Sequence record: OM337876.1
Direction: 5' to 3' (one strand)
Source: Klebsiella phage KP182
DNA length: 64,000 nucleotides
Both the position numbers and the translations under genes were made by a program. Below the pieces are notes generated by a model, which saw only the letters and a program-made list of their open reading frames with translations, was not told the DNA's origin and searched no databases. Of the stretch, positions 9,207 through 20,085 are shown piece by piece (the stretch's first letter is position 1; each line of letters starts with the position of its first letter).

Positions 9207-9445
9207 TTAAATTTGAAGATATTTACGAAGCCACAATTCGTGAGGCTACTATCGATAACTTCATGAGTAAAATTAATGCTTGCCAAACCTTAGATGGTCT
9301 GAAAGAACTCGAGAAGTATTACGATAAGCGCTCTAAAGAAACTACTCTTGCTGATTCTGATGACATCATTGTGCGGGATGCTTTGGCGGGGCGTAGACAG
9401 GCTCTTGAAGCTGATTCTGAAGATGACGAAGACGAAGACTTCTGA
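9203..9445 (+). CDS. uvsW.1: UvsW.1 (80 aa), in a different frame from uvsW with ATGA overlap
   Basis: Position and size match T4 uvsW.1; acidic C-terminus. Confidence 0.75.
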   Translation: MIKFEDIYEATIREATIDNFMSKINACQTLDGLKELEKYYDKRSKETTLADSDDIIVRDALAGRRQALEADSEDDEDEDF

Positions 9446-9475
9446 TATAAAAAAGCCCCAACCGAAAGGAAGGGG
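9446..9475 (-). terminator. Rho-independent terminator (minus strand) after uvsY.-2
   Basis: GCCCC-N12-GGGGC stem followed by a U-run on the minus strand only. Confidence 0.6.
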
Positions 9476-9504
9476 CAAAGCCAATTGGCTACATCAACAC
9501 TAGA

Positions 9505-9672
9505 CTAAATTAAAAGCTGCGTTTCTTGTAATTGCTCTTCTGTGTCTTCAGTGACAGGCAATTCAATCGCATAATTATAGCAAGCTCCGGGATGAACCGG
9601 GCCTTTGTCTGTTTGGACAACCAATGCTTCATCGATTGGTCCTTTACAGACGACACATACCGTATTCGACAT
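9505..9672 (-). CDS. uvsY.-2: uvsY.-2 homologue (55 aa, Cys-rich)
   Basis: Hand translation gives MSNTVCVVCKGPIDEALVVQTDKGPVHPGACYNYAIELPVTEDTEEQLQETQLLI; RBS AAGGAGA; T4 map position. Missed by the >=60 aa ORF track. Confidence 0.65.
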   Translation of the reverse strand: MSNTVCVVCKGPIDEALVVQTDKGPVHPGACYNYAIELPVTEDTEEQLQETQLLI

Positions 9673-9702
9673 GATTGTCTCCTTAGTTTACAAGTTTATT
9701 TA

Positions 9703-10119
9703 TTACGCGCCAGCTTCAAACTGACGAAGGTCAATAATGTGCTTAATGCTAAAACCTCGTGACTTGATAGCATCCATTGCATCGCTACAGAACTCCAAAA
9801 GAATTCCCCAATATTGCAATTTAGTATCTACACCCAAGATTTCTTTATCAGCGCTTAAAACAGTTTTCATTTCTGATTTTTCATATACATCCATGCATAC
9901 TTCACCACCAACCTCTCCACGGCCAGTGTAATAATCCAATCGTGCTTTAAGATTTTGCTTTTTGAGGGCATCTAATCTTAACATTTCTTTTCGGCAAGTC
10001 GAGTGCTTACGCACCCATTTCCCATACAGAACAGGGTTATTAGCCGCTTCATACTGTAACTTGGTCTGGTCGATAATCAAATCATTATCTAATTCATCTT
10101 GTAATTCTTCTAATCTCAT
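9703..10119 (-). CDS. uvsY: Recombination mediator UvsY
   Basis: 138 aa, close match to T4 UvsY over its whole length. Confidence 0.95.
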   Translation of the reverse strand: MRLEELQDELDNDLIIDQTKLQYEAANNPVLYGKWVRKHSTCRKEMLRLDALKKQNLKARLDYYTGRGEVGGEVCMDVYEKSEMKTVLSADKEILGVDTKLQYWGILLEFCSDAMDAIKSRGFSIKHIIDLRQFEAGA

Positions 10120-10200
10120 TCTATCTCCACTCTACTGTTTCTTGGGAAGGACTAGTCCCATTATACTCTACTGCTAGAGTTAGCATTACTACGCATCTGT
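10120..10200 (-). promoter_or_regulatory. Putative MotA-dependent middle promoter for uvsY (TGCTAA box + TATAAT) with GGACTAGTCC palindrome in the leader
   Basis: On the minus strand: ...aaTGCTAActctagcagtagagTATAATgggactagtcc...ATG. T4 uvsY is a middle gene and hosts oriF. Confidence 0.4.
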
Positions 10201-10571
10201 ATGCGTATACGTTCTAGCGTATCAGGGTCGTCTACTATAGAAAACTGCACAGTGACAATTATAGCATTATCGTCATATAACGGAAGTACATCAACCGATA
10301 GACGATTAATCCTAGGCTCATAATTACGCACAGCAGAGACTATATTACGCTTTATCGTATCACCAGTTAATGGAGTCATGTTTTCAAATAATTCGTTTGT
10401 GATATCACAACCAAACGCTGGGTCAAATGGCCGAGACCCCTTTCTTGTGGTTATTATTCCAAGAAGGCTATTTTTAACCGATCGTGCTCCTACCGTTTTT
10501 GATACATCAGTATCCCAAGCAAGTCGCATTTCTGGGTCAAGGTCAGAATATAGTTTATCAATATTGCTCAT
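10161..10571 (-). CDS. 25: Baseplate wedge protein gp25
   Basis: 136 aa, T4 gp25-like. Confidence 0.92.
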   Translation of the reverse strand: MSNIDKLYSDLDPEMRLAWDTDVSKTVGARSVKNSLLGIITTRKGSRPFDPAFGCDITNELFENMTPLTGDTIKRNIVSAVRNYEPRINRLSVDVLPLYDDNAIIVTVQFSIVDDPDTLERIRIQMRSNANSSSRV

Positions 10572-11203
10572 GACATAATCTTAAAGAATTCTTTAAGCCC
10601 CTTAATTACATGAATGTGAGAAATTCCGCATTCACAAGTAATGGGAACTGCTAATTGAACCTGCGGCTTCAATAGCATATTTTTGATGTTAACTACATCT
10701 TCGGTTGTAATAGCAGAATATAAATCATCGATTTCTGCATCGTTTAAATCATTAAAGTAAATCTGCTCATTTCCAACCACGATATAATCTATGCATTTTG
10801 ATATCATCATTGGAATGTCTGAATCGTCAAAAAGACTCGGATACTTGAACTTTATTTTAAATCCCTTTAAGTCATACCAGAGGTCTTCTGGAGGATCGAT
10901 TTGTGCGTGTGTATAATTTAATGGCACAGGAATTTTACGCCCACAGGTGCAATTCCAGGTCACCTCATGATTAACCTCGCCTATACTATGCGCCCAAAGT
11001 ATAACTATAAGTAATTCCGATTCCTGTTTGTTTAATTCAGTGGCATTAGTGCATTCTCTGAGCAATGCTTTAATGCATTCATCGATTGTGCCGTTTTTCT
11101 TCGCTGCAATTAAATTAGCGTATTCTTCTAGTGTAAAAGCTCGGCACTGGATATTCTTGCCATTTATTCTTGTTTCAAATTTATATGTGATGTTCATATC
11201 CAC
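10568..11203 (-). CDS. 26: Baseplate hub protein gp26
   Basis: 211 aa at the T4 position. The tracked start is GTG at 11203; ATG at 11197 is an alternative. Confidence 0.85.
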   Translation of the reverse strand: MDMNITYKFETRINGKNIQCRAFTLEEYANLIAAKKNGTIDECIKALLRECTNATELNKQESELLIVILWAHSIGEVNHEVTWNCTCGRKIPVPLNYTHAQIDPPEDLWYDLKGFKIKFKYPSLFDDSDIPMMISKCIDYIVVGNEQIYFNDLNDAEIDDLYSAITTEDVVNIKNMLLKPQVQLAVPITCECGISHIHVIKGLKEFFKIMS

Positions 11204-11217
11204 TCCTCTTATTCAAT

Positions 11218-11229
11218 TATTTATAAATA
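11218..11229. promoter_or_regulatory. Overlapping divergent late promoters (TATTTATAAATA): minus for 26-25, plus for 51-27-28-29-48-54
   Basis: TATAAATA on + at 11222-11229 and on minus (as + TATTTATA) at 11218-11225. Confidence 0.7.
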
Positions 11230-11248
11230 GTATAAAGAGGATTACCTT

Positions 11249-12007
11249 ATGGCCAACATAGTTAGATGCGAATTACCAGATGGTGTCCAACGTTTTAAGC
11301 CATTTACCGTAGAAGATTATAGAGACCTTTTATTGGTTAGAAACGACATGAACACCAAGTCTGAAGAAGAACAAAAACAACTTATAGCAGAATTAATGGA
11401 TGATTATTTTCATGACCATCCTGCCGAGTATCGTCCTTATATATTTCTTAAGGTATTTCTTTCAAGTATTGGTAAAACCAAAATACCTGTCAGAATGAAG
11501 TGCCCAAAATGCGGAAAATATAAGCAGTATCTTTTTAATCTTAACCAACCTCCATTGGTAAATCCAAAAGTAGAGGTTGCTGGATTAACGCTCAAGTTCA
11601 AAAAACCCATAGAAATAATTGACGATACAGGTAAAATGATTTTAGACAACATTATATCTGTGAAGGATTCATCTGGGGAATACGCGTGGAATGAATTGAG
11701 CGATAGCAATAAATTGACCGTTATCGATGCTATAGATGTTGAAACTTTGGAAAAGATTTTATCGCAGATGAAGCCCTTTAATTTTGAATTAAAAACATCA
11801 TGCTGTGATACCACGACAATATTAAAATATGATAACATTGTCGATATTTTTAAGCTATTGCTACATCCTGACGAGATTTTCACATTTTATCAGATTAACC
11901 ATAGATTGGTTTCTCAAGGTAAATACGATTTGAATTCTATAATGAAAATGCTGCCTATAGAACGTGGCATAACCTTATCGCTTATTGAAAAGGACCTTAA
12001 ATCATGA
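11249..12007 (+). CDS. 51: Baseplate hub assembly catalyst gp51
   Basis: 252 aa; T4 order and size. Confidence 0.88.
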   Translation: MANIVRCELPDGVQRFKPFTVEDYRDLLLVRNDMNTKSEEEQKQLIAELMDDYFHDHPAEYRPYIFLKVFLSSIGKTKIPVRMKCPKCGKYKQYLFNLNQPPLVNPKVEVAGLTLKFKKPIEIIDDTGKMILDNIISVKDSSGEYAWNELSDSNKLTVIDAIDVETLEKILSQMKPFNFELKTSCCDTTTILKYDNIVDIFKLLLHPDEIFTFYQINHRLVSQGKYDLNSIMKMLPIERGITLSLIEKDLKS

Positions 12008-13146
12008 CAGCACAAAGATTAGGATATCCTAATATAAGCATAAAATTATATTCTGGATATGATGCGTGGCTAGCTAATAGATTCGTTGAATTAGCAGCTA
12101 CATTTATTACATTAACAATGAGAGATTCATTACGCGGGACTAATGAAGGTCTACTTCAGTTTTATGATTCGAAAAATATGCACACGCGTATGAACGGTGA
12201 TGAACTGGTTCAAATATCTGTTGCAAATAGCAACACATCAAGAACGCAAACTCGAATTTACGGAATTAAACACTTTACAGTTGGTGTTGATGATAAAGGT
12301 GATAGCATTATCACCCTTCAGCTTGGAACGCTGCATGACATAATGAATCTCAAGTTCAGTAGAGCGTTTTTTAGTTCTGCATATGAAACTATAAAAGAAA
12401 TGATAGGCGCGATGTATGTTGACCAACCATTGATTGCTCCTCCTATCAACGGAATTAACGCTTACGTCCCACGAGTTCCATGGACTAGTACTCTCAAAGA
12501 TTACTTACGATATGTTAGAAACGTAGGCATTTCTACTGATAACGACCAATTTATTTTTGCCTGGGAAGATATCACTGGGATTAACATGATGGATTATGAA
12601 TCAATGATATCCCAGAACCCAAATGTATTCATGTTTGGAGCTCCTCAAACAATAGGTCAGTTTGCAGCAGGATTAAAATATCCATTGGCATGGGATTTTG
12701 AATGGCTTGTTAAGTCAAATAGATATAATAGAAATCCCATGAAAAACGCAACATTTTATGCACACTCGTTTGTGGACAAAGATGTTACCCGAATTATTAA
12801 TGGAGAAGGCCAAAACAGCGTATTCATTAATAGGTCAGGCGGATATTCTGACATGATTTTTAGAAATGGCTATGAAGAAGCACTACGCATTTCTACGATG
12901 GCTCAATATGACGGGTATGCTCAAACTAAATGTTACGGTAATTTTGAACTAACTCCTGGAATGAAAATCAATTTTGTTGATTTAAAGGACCAGTTCAGAA
13001 CTGACTTTTATATAGATGAAGTTATCCATGAAATATCAAATAACACATCTATAACTAACTTATATATGTTCACAAATGGCTCTGCCCTTGAACCTGTAGA
13101 TTTGATTAAGGTGAAAAATGAACTTAAACGTGATTCTTCCTATTAA
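12004..13146 (+). CDS. 27: Baseplate hub protein gp27
   Basis: 380 aa; T4 order and size. Confidence 0.9.
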   Translation: MTAQRLGYPNISIKLYSGYDAWLANRFVELAATFITLTMRDSLRGTNEGLLQFYDSKNMHTRMNGDELVQISVANSNTSRTQTRIYGIKHFTVGVDDKGDSIITLQLGTLHDIMNLKFSRAFFSSAYETIKEMIGAMYVDQPLIAPPINGINAYVPRVPWTSTLKDYLRYVRNVGISTDNDQFIFAWEDITGINMMDYESMISQNPNVFMFGAPQTIGQFAAGLKYPLAWDFEWLVKSNRYNRNPMKNATFYAHSFVDKDVTRIINGEGQNSVFINRSGGYSDMIFRNGYEEALRISTMAQYDGYAQTKCYGNFELTPGMKINFVDLKDQFRTDFYIDEVIHEISNNTSITNLYMFTNGSALEPVDLIKVKNELKRDSSY

Positions 13147-13645
13147 GAAAATAGTAATAAACGAAAAGACGATATCAATTCCAAAACTTGGATTAAAGCA
13201 CCATAATCTGATGAAAGATGTTAAGGGACCAGACGAAAACATGAATCTTCTTTTAGATTCAATTTGTCCAGGATTAACTGCAGCCGAATCCGATATCGTT
13301 GTACTACATTTATTAGCATTTAACAACCGAATAAAAGAAACCGTTGTTAAAGATGATTTTACCTACGATTTGAATAAAGTTTACATTTGCCAACGATTAA
13401 CTCAGCGGTTAGATGGTAAAGAATTCAAATTCAGAGCTCCTCCTCGTTATTCCAAACTAGGTTCAGTAGATTCAATTTTGAGCGAATTTCTTGAATCAGT
13501 AGATGGAAAACCAATGGATATAAACTTTATGAAGCTTCCAGCTTTTGTAACAAAGTGGGCTGATGACTTAGTAAACACTATAGCCATTGATGGACCTGAA
13601 GGACCAATCAAAGGCATGCTTAACGTAATGGAAATATTTGAATGA
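13118..13645 (+). CDS. 28: Baseplate hub distal protein gp28
   Basis: 175 aa; T4 order and size. Confidence 0.88.
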   Translation: MNLNVILPIKKIVINEKTISIPKLGLKHHNLMKDVKGPDENMNLLLDSICPGLTAAESDIVVLHLLAFNNRIKETVVKDDFTYDLNKVYICQRLTQRLDGKEFKFRAPPRYSKLGSVDSILSEFLESVDGKPMDINFMKLPAFVTKWADDLVNTIAIDGPEGPIKGMLNVMEIFE

Positions 13646-15375
13646 CTAAGAAATCAGAAATGAATTCAATGCGTAGAAGAGTTATTGCTGACTCGGCTCC
13701 ACAGAAAAAGGCTGAGTCTCAAGCTGATGCTCAGATTAATACGCTAGAAGATATTGGTCGTCGCTTAGACGACCAACAAGCGTCTACTGATTTGATTTCG
13801 GATGTAATAGAAACTAAATCAAACGAAATTATCAAATCAGTAGAAGATGTTTCAGCTGGTGTTGAATTAACTGCTGAAGCTTCAGAACGCACAACAGATG
13901 CTGTCTCGAAACTAAATGATACAGCATCGTTAATTAATGATAAGCTCACGAAACTTGCCGACTTGTTATCTAAAAAGCATGATGTTCAGCAAGATGTCCA
14001 AAAGACTGGTACTGGAACATCGTTAGAAACAATAACGGAACAAGTACCTGATGCTCCGGTTCAGCAGCCGCTAGAGGAATTACTCGAAAGGCTTATTCCT
14101 CCACAGGATGATAGACGTCCTGACGCGGATTTCTTTCCTAACACAGAAGAGCAAGAGGAAAGAAAAGAACCTAACAAAGAAACTGAAGATAAGAATAAAA
14201 AGTTTCTTGACCTAAAATTTGGAGAATTAATTAAAAGCGTTAAATCTGGTTTTGGAAAAACTATTTCATTAACAGATAAGATTAGCAGCATGCTATTTAG
14301 CTATACTGTTAGCGCTTTGGCTCAAATGGCGAAAACTGCCGCCATGGTTTTGGGCGTGATAATGCTTATAGATTTAATTAAAGTTCATTTTAATTATTGG
14401 ACTAAACTGTTCGAAAAGAACTTTGTTGAATTTAACAAGCAAGCCAAAGAATGGGGTCCGCTATTAACAGCAATAAGCGAGATGTCGAATGAAATAGTAA
14501 AATCATTCGTCAAAGGGGATTGGGGCGGATTAGCTAAAGCCATAGGTTCTGGATTGGTTGATGTAATTGACAAGCTCGGAGAAACTATTATGCTCGGAAT
14601 GAGTAAGCTTCTTGCTGGAATGTTACGCGCATTAGGATTTAACGATTCGGCAGATAACATTGAAGGCGCTGCTTTAGACAGATTTCAAACTGTTACTGGG
14701 GCAGAACTAGATGAAGAAGATGCTAAAATGAGAGCAAAATATGTTGACCGTCAAGAAAGAGAATATGACGAACAACCTGAATGGAAAAGAAAGCTTTCTG
14801 CTAAATTCCAAAAATTCACCGGTCAGATTGATGACGATGAATATAATAAACTGCTGAGCGGAGAGAAAAAGCAGTCAGCGTATGCAGACTTGCCAGAAGA
14901 CGAACGCCTCAAAATCATCACAGCTCGTAATAATGCTGAGGCAGAACTCAAGCGTACAAAAGCATATGTTGAAAAAACTGACGCATCTGATTCCACTCGA
15001 TTAGACTCTGCTAAGGATGCAGTACAAAGCACAACCACCAGATATAAAGAATTGGAGAAATTATCTCCAGAGGTTGCAAAAGATTTAAAAGTTGAATTAG
15101 ACCAATTGCAAAAACTCCTTGATTCTAAAATATCAGAACCTGCTCCAACTGCCGAAGCTATACCTGCAACAGAACAACCTGAGGTTAAACAGTCTGCTTC
15201 TATTAAAGCCGCTGCGGATAGTCGTGAAGCTGCTCGTACACGTGAATTTAGTACACAGCCGCAACCTATTCAGGTTAATACTGCTGTAAATAAGAATAGC
15301 ACATACGTTTATAGAACGCCTCCACAGACTTCAACAGCTGCTCCTGGAATGCAAGGCGCTATGAAAACCTCTTAA
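13642..15375 (+). CDS. 29: Baseplate hub / tail length determinator gp29
   Basis: 577 aa, coiled-coil and acidic; T4 order. Confidence 0.88.
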   Translation: MTKKSEMNSMRRRVIADSAPQKKAESQADAQINTLEDIGRRLDDQQASTDLISDVIETKSNEIIKSVEDVSAGVELTAEASERTTDAVSKLNDTASLINDKLTKLADLLSKKHDVQQDVQKTGTGTSLETITEQVPDAPVQQPLEELLERLIPPQDDRRPDADFFPNTEEQEERKEPNKETEDKNKKFLDLKFGELIKSVKSGFGKTISLTDKISSMLFSYTVSALAQMAKTAAMVLGVIMLIDLIKVHFNYWTKLFEKNFVEFNKQAKEWGPLLTAISEMSNEIVKSFVKGDWGGLAKAIGSGLVDVIDKLGETIMLGMSKLLAGMLRALGFNDSADNIEGAALDRFQTVTGAELDEEDAKMRAKYVDRQEREYDEQPEWKRKLSAKFQKFTGQIDDDEYNKLLSGEKKQSAYADLPEDERLKIITARNNAEAELKRTKAYVEKTDASDSTRLDSAKDAVQSTTTRYKELEKLSPEVAKDLKVELDQLQKLLDSKISEPAPTAEAIPATEQPEVKQSASIKAAADSREAARTREFSTQPQPIQVNTAVNKNSTYVYRTPPQTSTAAPGMQGAMKTS

Positions 15376-15384
15376 GGAAAAACA

Positions 15385-16437
15385 ATGATTTTTGAAGAAC
15401 TGGCCGATGGCCTTGAAAACATCAAAAAATCAGGAACCCGAATTTCCTCAGGTAAATCTAAACTGACGAATGCGCCTACCACTAAGGTGGCGCAGTTTCC
15501 GGCTGAGCGTTCGGCCGGAAACGATTCCGCGCAAGATATGAGAGTACATGACTTGTATCGTAACGGATTATTATTCACAGCGTATGATTTTAAAGGAAGA
15601 ACTACTCCTGATTTGCGTTCATTTAGACGAGATGTAATGTTATCGTCTGTATTCGATTCACCAATGTCAGCACTGGCTAATTCATCAAGTTCTACTACAA
15701 GTACTGCGCCGGTAGCTAATATTCTATTACCACGGTCTAAGTCAGACGTTGATTCGGTTAGCCATAAATTTAATGATGTTGGTGATTCTCTTGTTACTCG
15801 CGGCAGCGGTACTGCTACCGGTGTATTAAGCAACGTCGCTTCTACTGCTGTGTTTGGGTCGATAGAGTCTTTAACGCAGGGATTAATGGCTGATAATGGT
15901 GAACAGATTTATAACACAGCTCGTAGTATGTATGCCGGGCCTGACAACAGAACGAAAGTGTTTACTTGGGATTTAACTCCTAGGTCTGCTGATGACCTTA
16001 TACAAATTATTCGCATCTATGAAATTTTTAATTACTATTCTTACGGTGTGACGGGGAATTCATCATATGCAAAAGAAGTTAAAGCTGCTATTGATGAATG
16101 GTATAAAGGAACACTTAAATCGGCAGCACCAGAAGGAGCTAAAGTAGAAAACACTGTGTTTGAGCAAATAACATCGTTTTTAAGCAATGTTATTGTAGTT
16201 TCTAACCCAACGATTTGGACTGTTCGTAATTTTGGGTATTCTACATCAATGGATGGTAGAGAGGATATATTTGGTCCATGCCAAATTCAGAGTATCCGTT
16301 TTGATAAAACGCCTAACGGCCATTTTAATGGGTTAGCAATCGCTCCTAATCTTCCAAGCACATTTACGCTTGAAATTACTATGCGTGAAATACTTACTCT
16401 TAATAGAGGTAACGTTTATATCGGAGGTATTGAATAA
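15385..16437 (+). CDS. 48: Baseplate tail-tube junction protein gp48
   Basis: 350 aa; T4 order. Confidence 0.88.
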   Translation: MIFEELADGLENIKKSGTRISSGKSKLTNAPTTKVAQFPAERSAGNDSAQDMRVHDLYRNGLLFTAYDFKGRTTPDLRSFRRDVMLSSVFDSPMSALANSSSSTTSTAPVANILLPRSKSDVDSVSHKFNDVGDSLVTRGSGTATGVLSNVASTAVFGSIESLTQGLMADNGEQIYNTARSMYAGPDNRTKVFTWDLTPRSADDLIQIIRIYEIFNYYSYGVTGNSSYAKEVKAAIDEWYKGTLKSAAPEGAKVENTVFEQITSFLSNVIVVSNPTIWTVRNFGYSTSMDGREDIFGPCQIQSIRFDKTPNGHFNGLAIAPNLPSTFTLEITMREILTLNRGNVYIGGIE

Positions 16438-17363
16438 TGTTTACTCTCGAAGAATTTAAGAGTCAAGCGGCTGATATCGATTTCCAGAGAACTAATATGT
16501 TCTCTGTTGTATTCGCTACTGTACCCTCTAGTAAAACCCAGGCTCTTCTAAACGACTTTGGCGGAGAGCTGTATAATAATATGGGTTTAGATGGAAATTG
16601 GCTTGGATTGACCCCAGGTGAATTCAATCAGGGTATAACAACCATAGTGACACAAGGAACTCGACAAGTTGTTCGCAAATCAGGTGTGAATACATTCATG
16701 ATTGGCGCAATGACTCAACGCGTTGTACAGTCGTTGTTAGGTGAATTTACAGTAGGTACTTATCTGCTTGATTTCTTTAACATGGCATTTCCGACAGCAG
16801 GCTTGATGGTGTATTCTGCTAAAATACCAGAGAATAGACTGTCATATGAAATGGATAAGTTCCATAACGCTCCTAACATAAAAATCACTGGAAGAGATAT
16901 GGAGCCGTTGGTTCTTTCATTTAGGATGGACCCAGAAGCAAGCAACTATAGAGCAATGCAAGATTGGGTAAATGCAGTTGAAGACCCGGTGACTGGTCTG
17001 CGAGGATTGCCACAAGACGTAGAATGTGATATCCAAGTTAACCTTCATGCTAGAAATGGATTACCACATACTGTATGCCTGTTCTCAGGGGCTATGCCTG
17101 TAGCATGTGGAGCTCCTGAATTTACATATGATGGAGAAAATACTATAGCAGTGTTTGATGTCACGTTTGCTTATCGCAGCATGCAAACAGGTTCAGTCGG
17201 AAAACAAGCCGCAATGGACTGGTTAGAAGATAAAACTATTCAGAAAATTGAGACGATTAATCCAAATCAGGGCTTGAGCGCGTCTGCTTCAAGATTGTCT
17301 CGTTTAGGCGGGGCTGGTGGTGGAATTTCTAATATCACTACTTCAACAAGCAGAATAATTTAG
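16437..17363 (+). CDS. 54: Baseplate tail-tube initiator gp54
   Basis: 308 aa; T4 order. Confidence 0.88.
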   Translation: MFTLEEFKSQAADIDFQRTNMFSVVFATVPSSKTQALLNDFGGELYNNMGLDGNWLGLTPGEFNQGITTIVTQGTRQVVRKSGVNTFMIGAMTQRVVQSLLGEFTVGTYLLDFFNMAFPTAGLMVYSAKIPENRLSYEMDKFHNAPNIKITGRDMEPLVLSFRMDPEASNYRAMQDWVNAVEDPVTGLRGLPQDVECDIQVNLHARNGLPHTVCLFSGAMPVACGAPEFTYDGENTIAVFDVTFAYRSMQTGSVGKQAAMDWLEDKTIQKIETINPNQGLSASASRLSRLGGAGGGISNITTSTSRII

Positions 17364-17387
17364 GGGCCGTAAGGCCCCTTTGTTTTA
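17364..17387. terminator. Hairpin terminator GGGGCC-GUAA-GGCCCC between convergent gp54 and the 92-aa gene
   Basis: 6-bp GC stem with GUAA tetraloop followed by a T-run on + and an A/T-rich run on minus. Confidence 0.6.
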
Positions 17388-17663
17388 TGCAATGCAGCCA
17401 ATAAACCCTGGCTCAGTACGAAGAAGTTTCATTTCTTCAGTAGTCCAAACTACCTTAACAGGAATAATACCTTCTGCTTTACCGTTAAGAACCGCTTCAA
17501 CAAACGATGGTTCAGTTGGCTTACGGAATATATCTTGAATAAGAACCGTCGGAGTACCTTCGTTAAACCCTTCAAGCATGATAAGAACTTCTTCATTGAA
17601 CTTCTCTGCATCTTTAACATCAGCAGACCATTCAATACCGTTAAAGCGGAATACATGTTTCAT
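17385..17663 (-). CDS. Hypothetical protein (92 aa), alt-adjacent
   Basis: ORF located between an early promoter and the bidirectional terminator. Confidence 0.55.
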   Translation of the reverse strand: MKHVFRFNGIEWSADVKDAEKFNEEVLIMLEGFNEGTPTVLIQDIFRKPTEPSFVEAVLNGKAEGIIPVKVVWTTEEMKLLRTEPGFIGCIA

Positions 17664-17692
17664 ATCAATTTCCTCATTGGTTTGTGTAAGTC

Positions 17693-17722
17693 TATAGTAT
17701 CACGTCCTTGTGATAAGTAAAC
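17693..17722 (-). promoter_or_regulatory. T4 early-type sigma70 promoter (GTTTAC-17-TACTAT with TG extension)
   Basis: + strand tatagtatcac ... gtaaac; immediately downstream of alt. Confidence 0.55.
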
Positions 17723-17726
17723 AACT

Positions 17727-19853
17727 TTATGCAAGTTTTTCTGGGATACCATCCAGGTTGATAGCACCAGCCAGTAGCTCCATGGTGCGTGTGTAGCTAA
17801 CCTTATCTGTGGAACGGTCTGGCGAAAAGTAAATCTCATTTAAAAAGCCTTTGAACTTGCTTTCTTCAAGAGGTTCCACTTTTCCTTGTTCCATCAAGAT
17901 GTCACCATCATAGAGATGAACGGATTCATCGATTTGCTCTGGAGGAACTACCGTCATTTCTACCATGAATGTCTTGTTATTCGCTACACCAACTCCATTT
18001 CTAAAAGGAGTTCCCCATACTTTGTTGACTTTCATTGCCAACCCGCGAGGAAGAATAACTTCAGCCTCATCGCTAAAGCTTGACAAGACACCCGGGATAA
18101 CTACCTTAACTTTATCGGCCCCATGAATAACGAATCCAAACTTAAACTCATCGCCATAGGCAACTTCCTCGCCTCTATCAACTCTTTCCAAGTTGTCTGT
18201 TCCAATAACGGAAGATACTGCATCAATAGTTGTTTCTTTGTTTTCTAAATCAGAGCTAGGAGCATCTGGCATTAATGAATCACCAGCATTTGAATAAGCA
18301 CCAAAGATAATTGGACTTAACGAAGTAGAAACATAGTTCTGGAAATAAAACATTTTAGACTCAATGTTATCTTTAAAGTCTTCATATTTTCCGCGCTGAC
18401 CACGATACAAAAGAGTGCCCGATTCAAGACGCAAACCTTTTTCAAAGGCAGAATCGAGCGGACGAATTTTCTTGTCAATAATTGGATCGCCTAAGCTTTC
18501 CATACCAATAAGATAATTATTAACAAATGAATAACCAGAACCGCAGTAATGGTGTATTGCATCTCTTTCTTCTTCGCTTAAACGAGATTGCATTTCACGG
18601 TTATATTCAATTGCTTTGGATATAGAATCGCCAACAATTGACACATAAGCTGATATCATATAATTGACAAGATTTTGGTATTGACGTAAAGCTCCGAAAT
18701 CGTCAGCTGGAGGCATATCAAATCCACGAGTAGCTACTTCAACGATTTTACGCAACGTTTCCATAGATGCAGGATTTTTAGCCTGTTCAATAACATCAGC
18801 AACGTCTGAAATTCGCTGTTCAGCGATTTTCATTTTGTCTGAGCCAGCAGGAATGAAAACTTTCCAGTCGTCATGCATTCTAGACATTTGGCCTATGAAT
18901 AATCTTTCAACTGCATCGCCAAAATTACTTCCATACCCACCACGAACTCGATAGTGCTTAATATCATCAACATAAAAAGGAATTGATTTTTCTAATCCGG
19001 CTTTGATATCTTTTTGGAGGTCTACCGTATCGCCTTCTGCGTTTAGTACTGGAGTGTTAGTAGTTAATTCGTACCAACGTTCGCGTTTATTTTCTGGCCA
19101 ATCCTCATCAACATATGAAACGAATTTGCCGTATTGTGCTCGGATTAAATCCTTTCGAGACACTTTCATTTTACTCATTACAGCGAGTTCAGATTTCTTG
19201 TCTTCTTTTTCGCCAATGGAGTTTGCCAATGCTTCGGCTTTGGTAACGCTTTCGCCGGTTTCTTTAGACACATAAATTTCACCTACTTTGGATTCAACCT
19301 TTGTGTATAACTCATCTGAAATTTCAGGAATTCCTTCAATCTCTTCAAGCTTCTTACCCTTGCGAACCATAATGGAATAAGCATACTTACCTTTATAGTA
19401 AGCCATGTCTTTCATTAGATTGAACCGACCACCGGTGCGAGTAGTAATCAACCGAGCAAGAATGCGTTGAATAGCTTTATCCTGTCCTTGCATTTTCTTC
19501 GGATTAAAGCGGAACATCACTGCATCAGCTTTAATTTGTTTAACTACTTTGTTGACAGTTTCAAAAATGGTATTGATAGCACCAATCGGGTCATGACCTA
19601 AGCCACCCTTAAGAGCACCAATGTTACCTTTCTCTGATACAGAGAACACATAAACCTGAATGAATTTATCACCCATTTTGATGTTCTTAACTGCATCACC
19701 TTGACCTGACCCGTGTACTAAGCGAATCATTAAATTGTTATTGCCTGGTACCTTAATCAGAAATACCTGAGGCACCTTTAGTTTTGGTTTAACGTTCTCG
19801 ACAGGATAGATTTTGCTATTCTCTTCATCGAAAACTTCATTTAAAAGTTCCAT
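17727..19853 (-). CDS. alt: ADP-ribosyltransferase Alt (packaged, modifies host RNAP)
   Basis: 708 aa at the T4 position, similar to T4 Alt. Confidence 0.88.
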   Translation of the reverse strand: MELLNEVFDEENSKIYPVENVKPKLKVPQVFLIKVPGNNNLMIRLVHGSGQGDAVKNIKMGDKFIQVYVFSVSEKGNIGALKGGLGHDPIGAINTIFETVNKVVKQIKADAVMFRFNPKKMQGQDKAIQRILARLITTRTGGRFNLMKDMAYYKGKYAYSIMVRKGKKLEEIEGIPEISDELYTKVESKVGEIYVSKETGESVTKAEALANSIGEKEDKKSELAVMSKMKVSRKDLIRAQYGKFVSYVDEDWPENKRERWYELTTNTPVLNAEGDTVDLQKDIKAGLEKSIPFYVDDIKHYRVRGGYGSNFGDAVERLFIGQMSRMHDDWKVFIPAGSDKMKIAEQRISDVADVIEQAKNPASMETLRKIVEVATRGFDMPPADDFGALRQYQNLVNYMISAYVSIVGDSISKAIEYNREMQSRLSEEERDAIHHYCGSGYSFVNNYLIGMESLGDPIIDKKIRPLDSAFEKGLRLESGTLLYRGQRGKYEDFKDNIESKMFYFQNYVSTSLSPIIFGAYSNAGDSLMPDAPSSDLENKETTIDAVSSVIGTDNLERVDRGEEVAYGDEFKFGFVIHGADKVKVVIPGVLSSFSDEAEVILPRGLAMKVNKVWGTPFRNGVGVANNKTFMVEMTVVPPEQIDESVHLYDGDILMEQGKVEPLEESKFKGFLNEIYFSPDRSTDKVSYTRTMELLAGAINLDGIPEKLA

Positions 19854-19876
19854 GACATATCCTCGTTTGTTTATTC

Positions 19877-19884
19877 TATTTATA
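19877..19884 (-). promoter_or_regulatory. T4 late promoter for alt
   Basis: + strand TATTTATA immediately downstream (minus sense) of the terminator hairpin and upstream of the alt RBS GAGGA. Confidence 0.65.
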
Positions 19885-19885
19885 C

Positions 19886-19908
19886 GAAAAAAGGCCCGAA
19901 GGCCTTTA
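19886..19908 (-). terminator. Rho-independent terminator GGCC-UUCG-GGCC + U6
   Basis: Follows the 59-aa ORF on the minus strand. Confidence 0.65.
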
Positions 19909-20085
19909 ATTAATTATTGTGGCAGTACGCCAAACCTGTAATCCATTTACAGACTCATACTCTTCAATGTTTTCTTTGAAGTTTTTGAATACATCGATAT
20001 TATCAAAATCAAGAACTTCGGTATGGACGGAAATACCTCCTCGCCCATCATCGGTTTTAGCAATTACTTCATATAGAACTTTCAT
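19906..20085 (-). CDS. Small protein (59 aa) between gene 30 and alt
   Basis: Hand translation gives MKVLYEVIAKTDDGRGGISVHTEVLDFDNIDVFKNFKENIEEYESVNGLQVWRTATIIN; RBS AGGAA; ATGA overlap with the gene 30 stop. Confidence 0.5.
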   Translation of the reverse strand: MKVLYEVIAKTDDGRGGISVHTEVLDFDNIDVFKNFKENIEEYESVNGLQVWRTATIIN

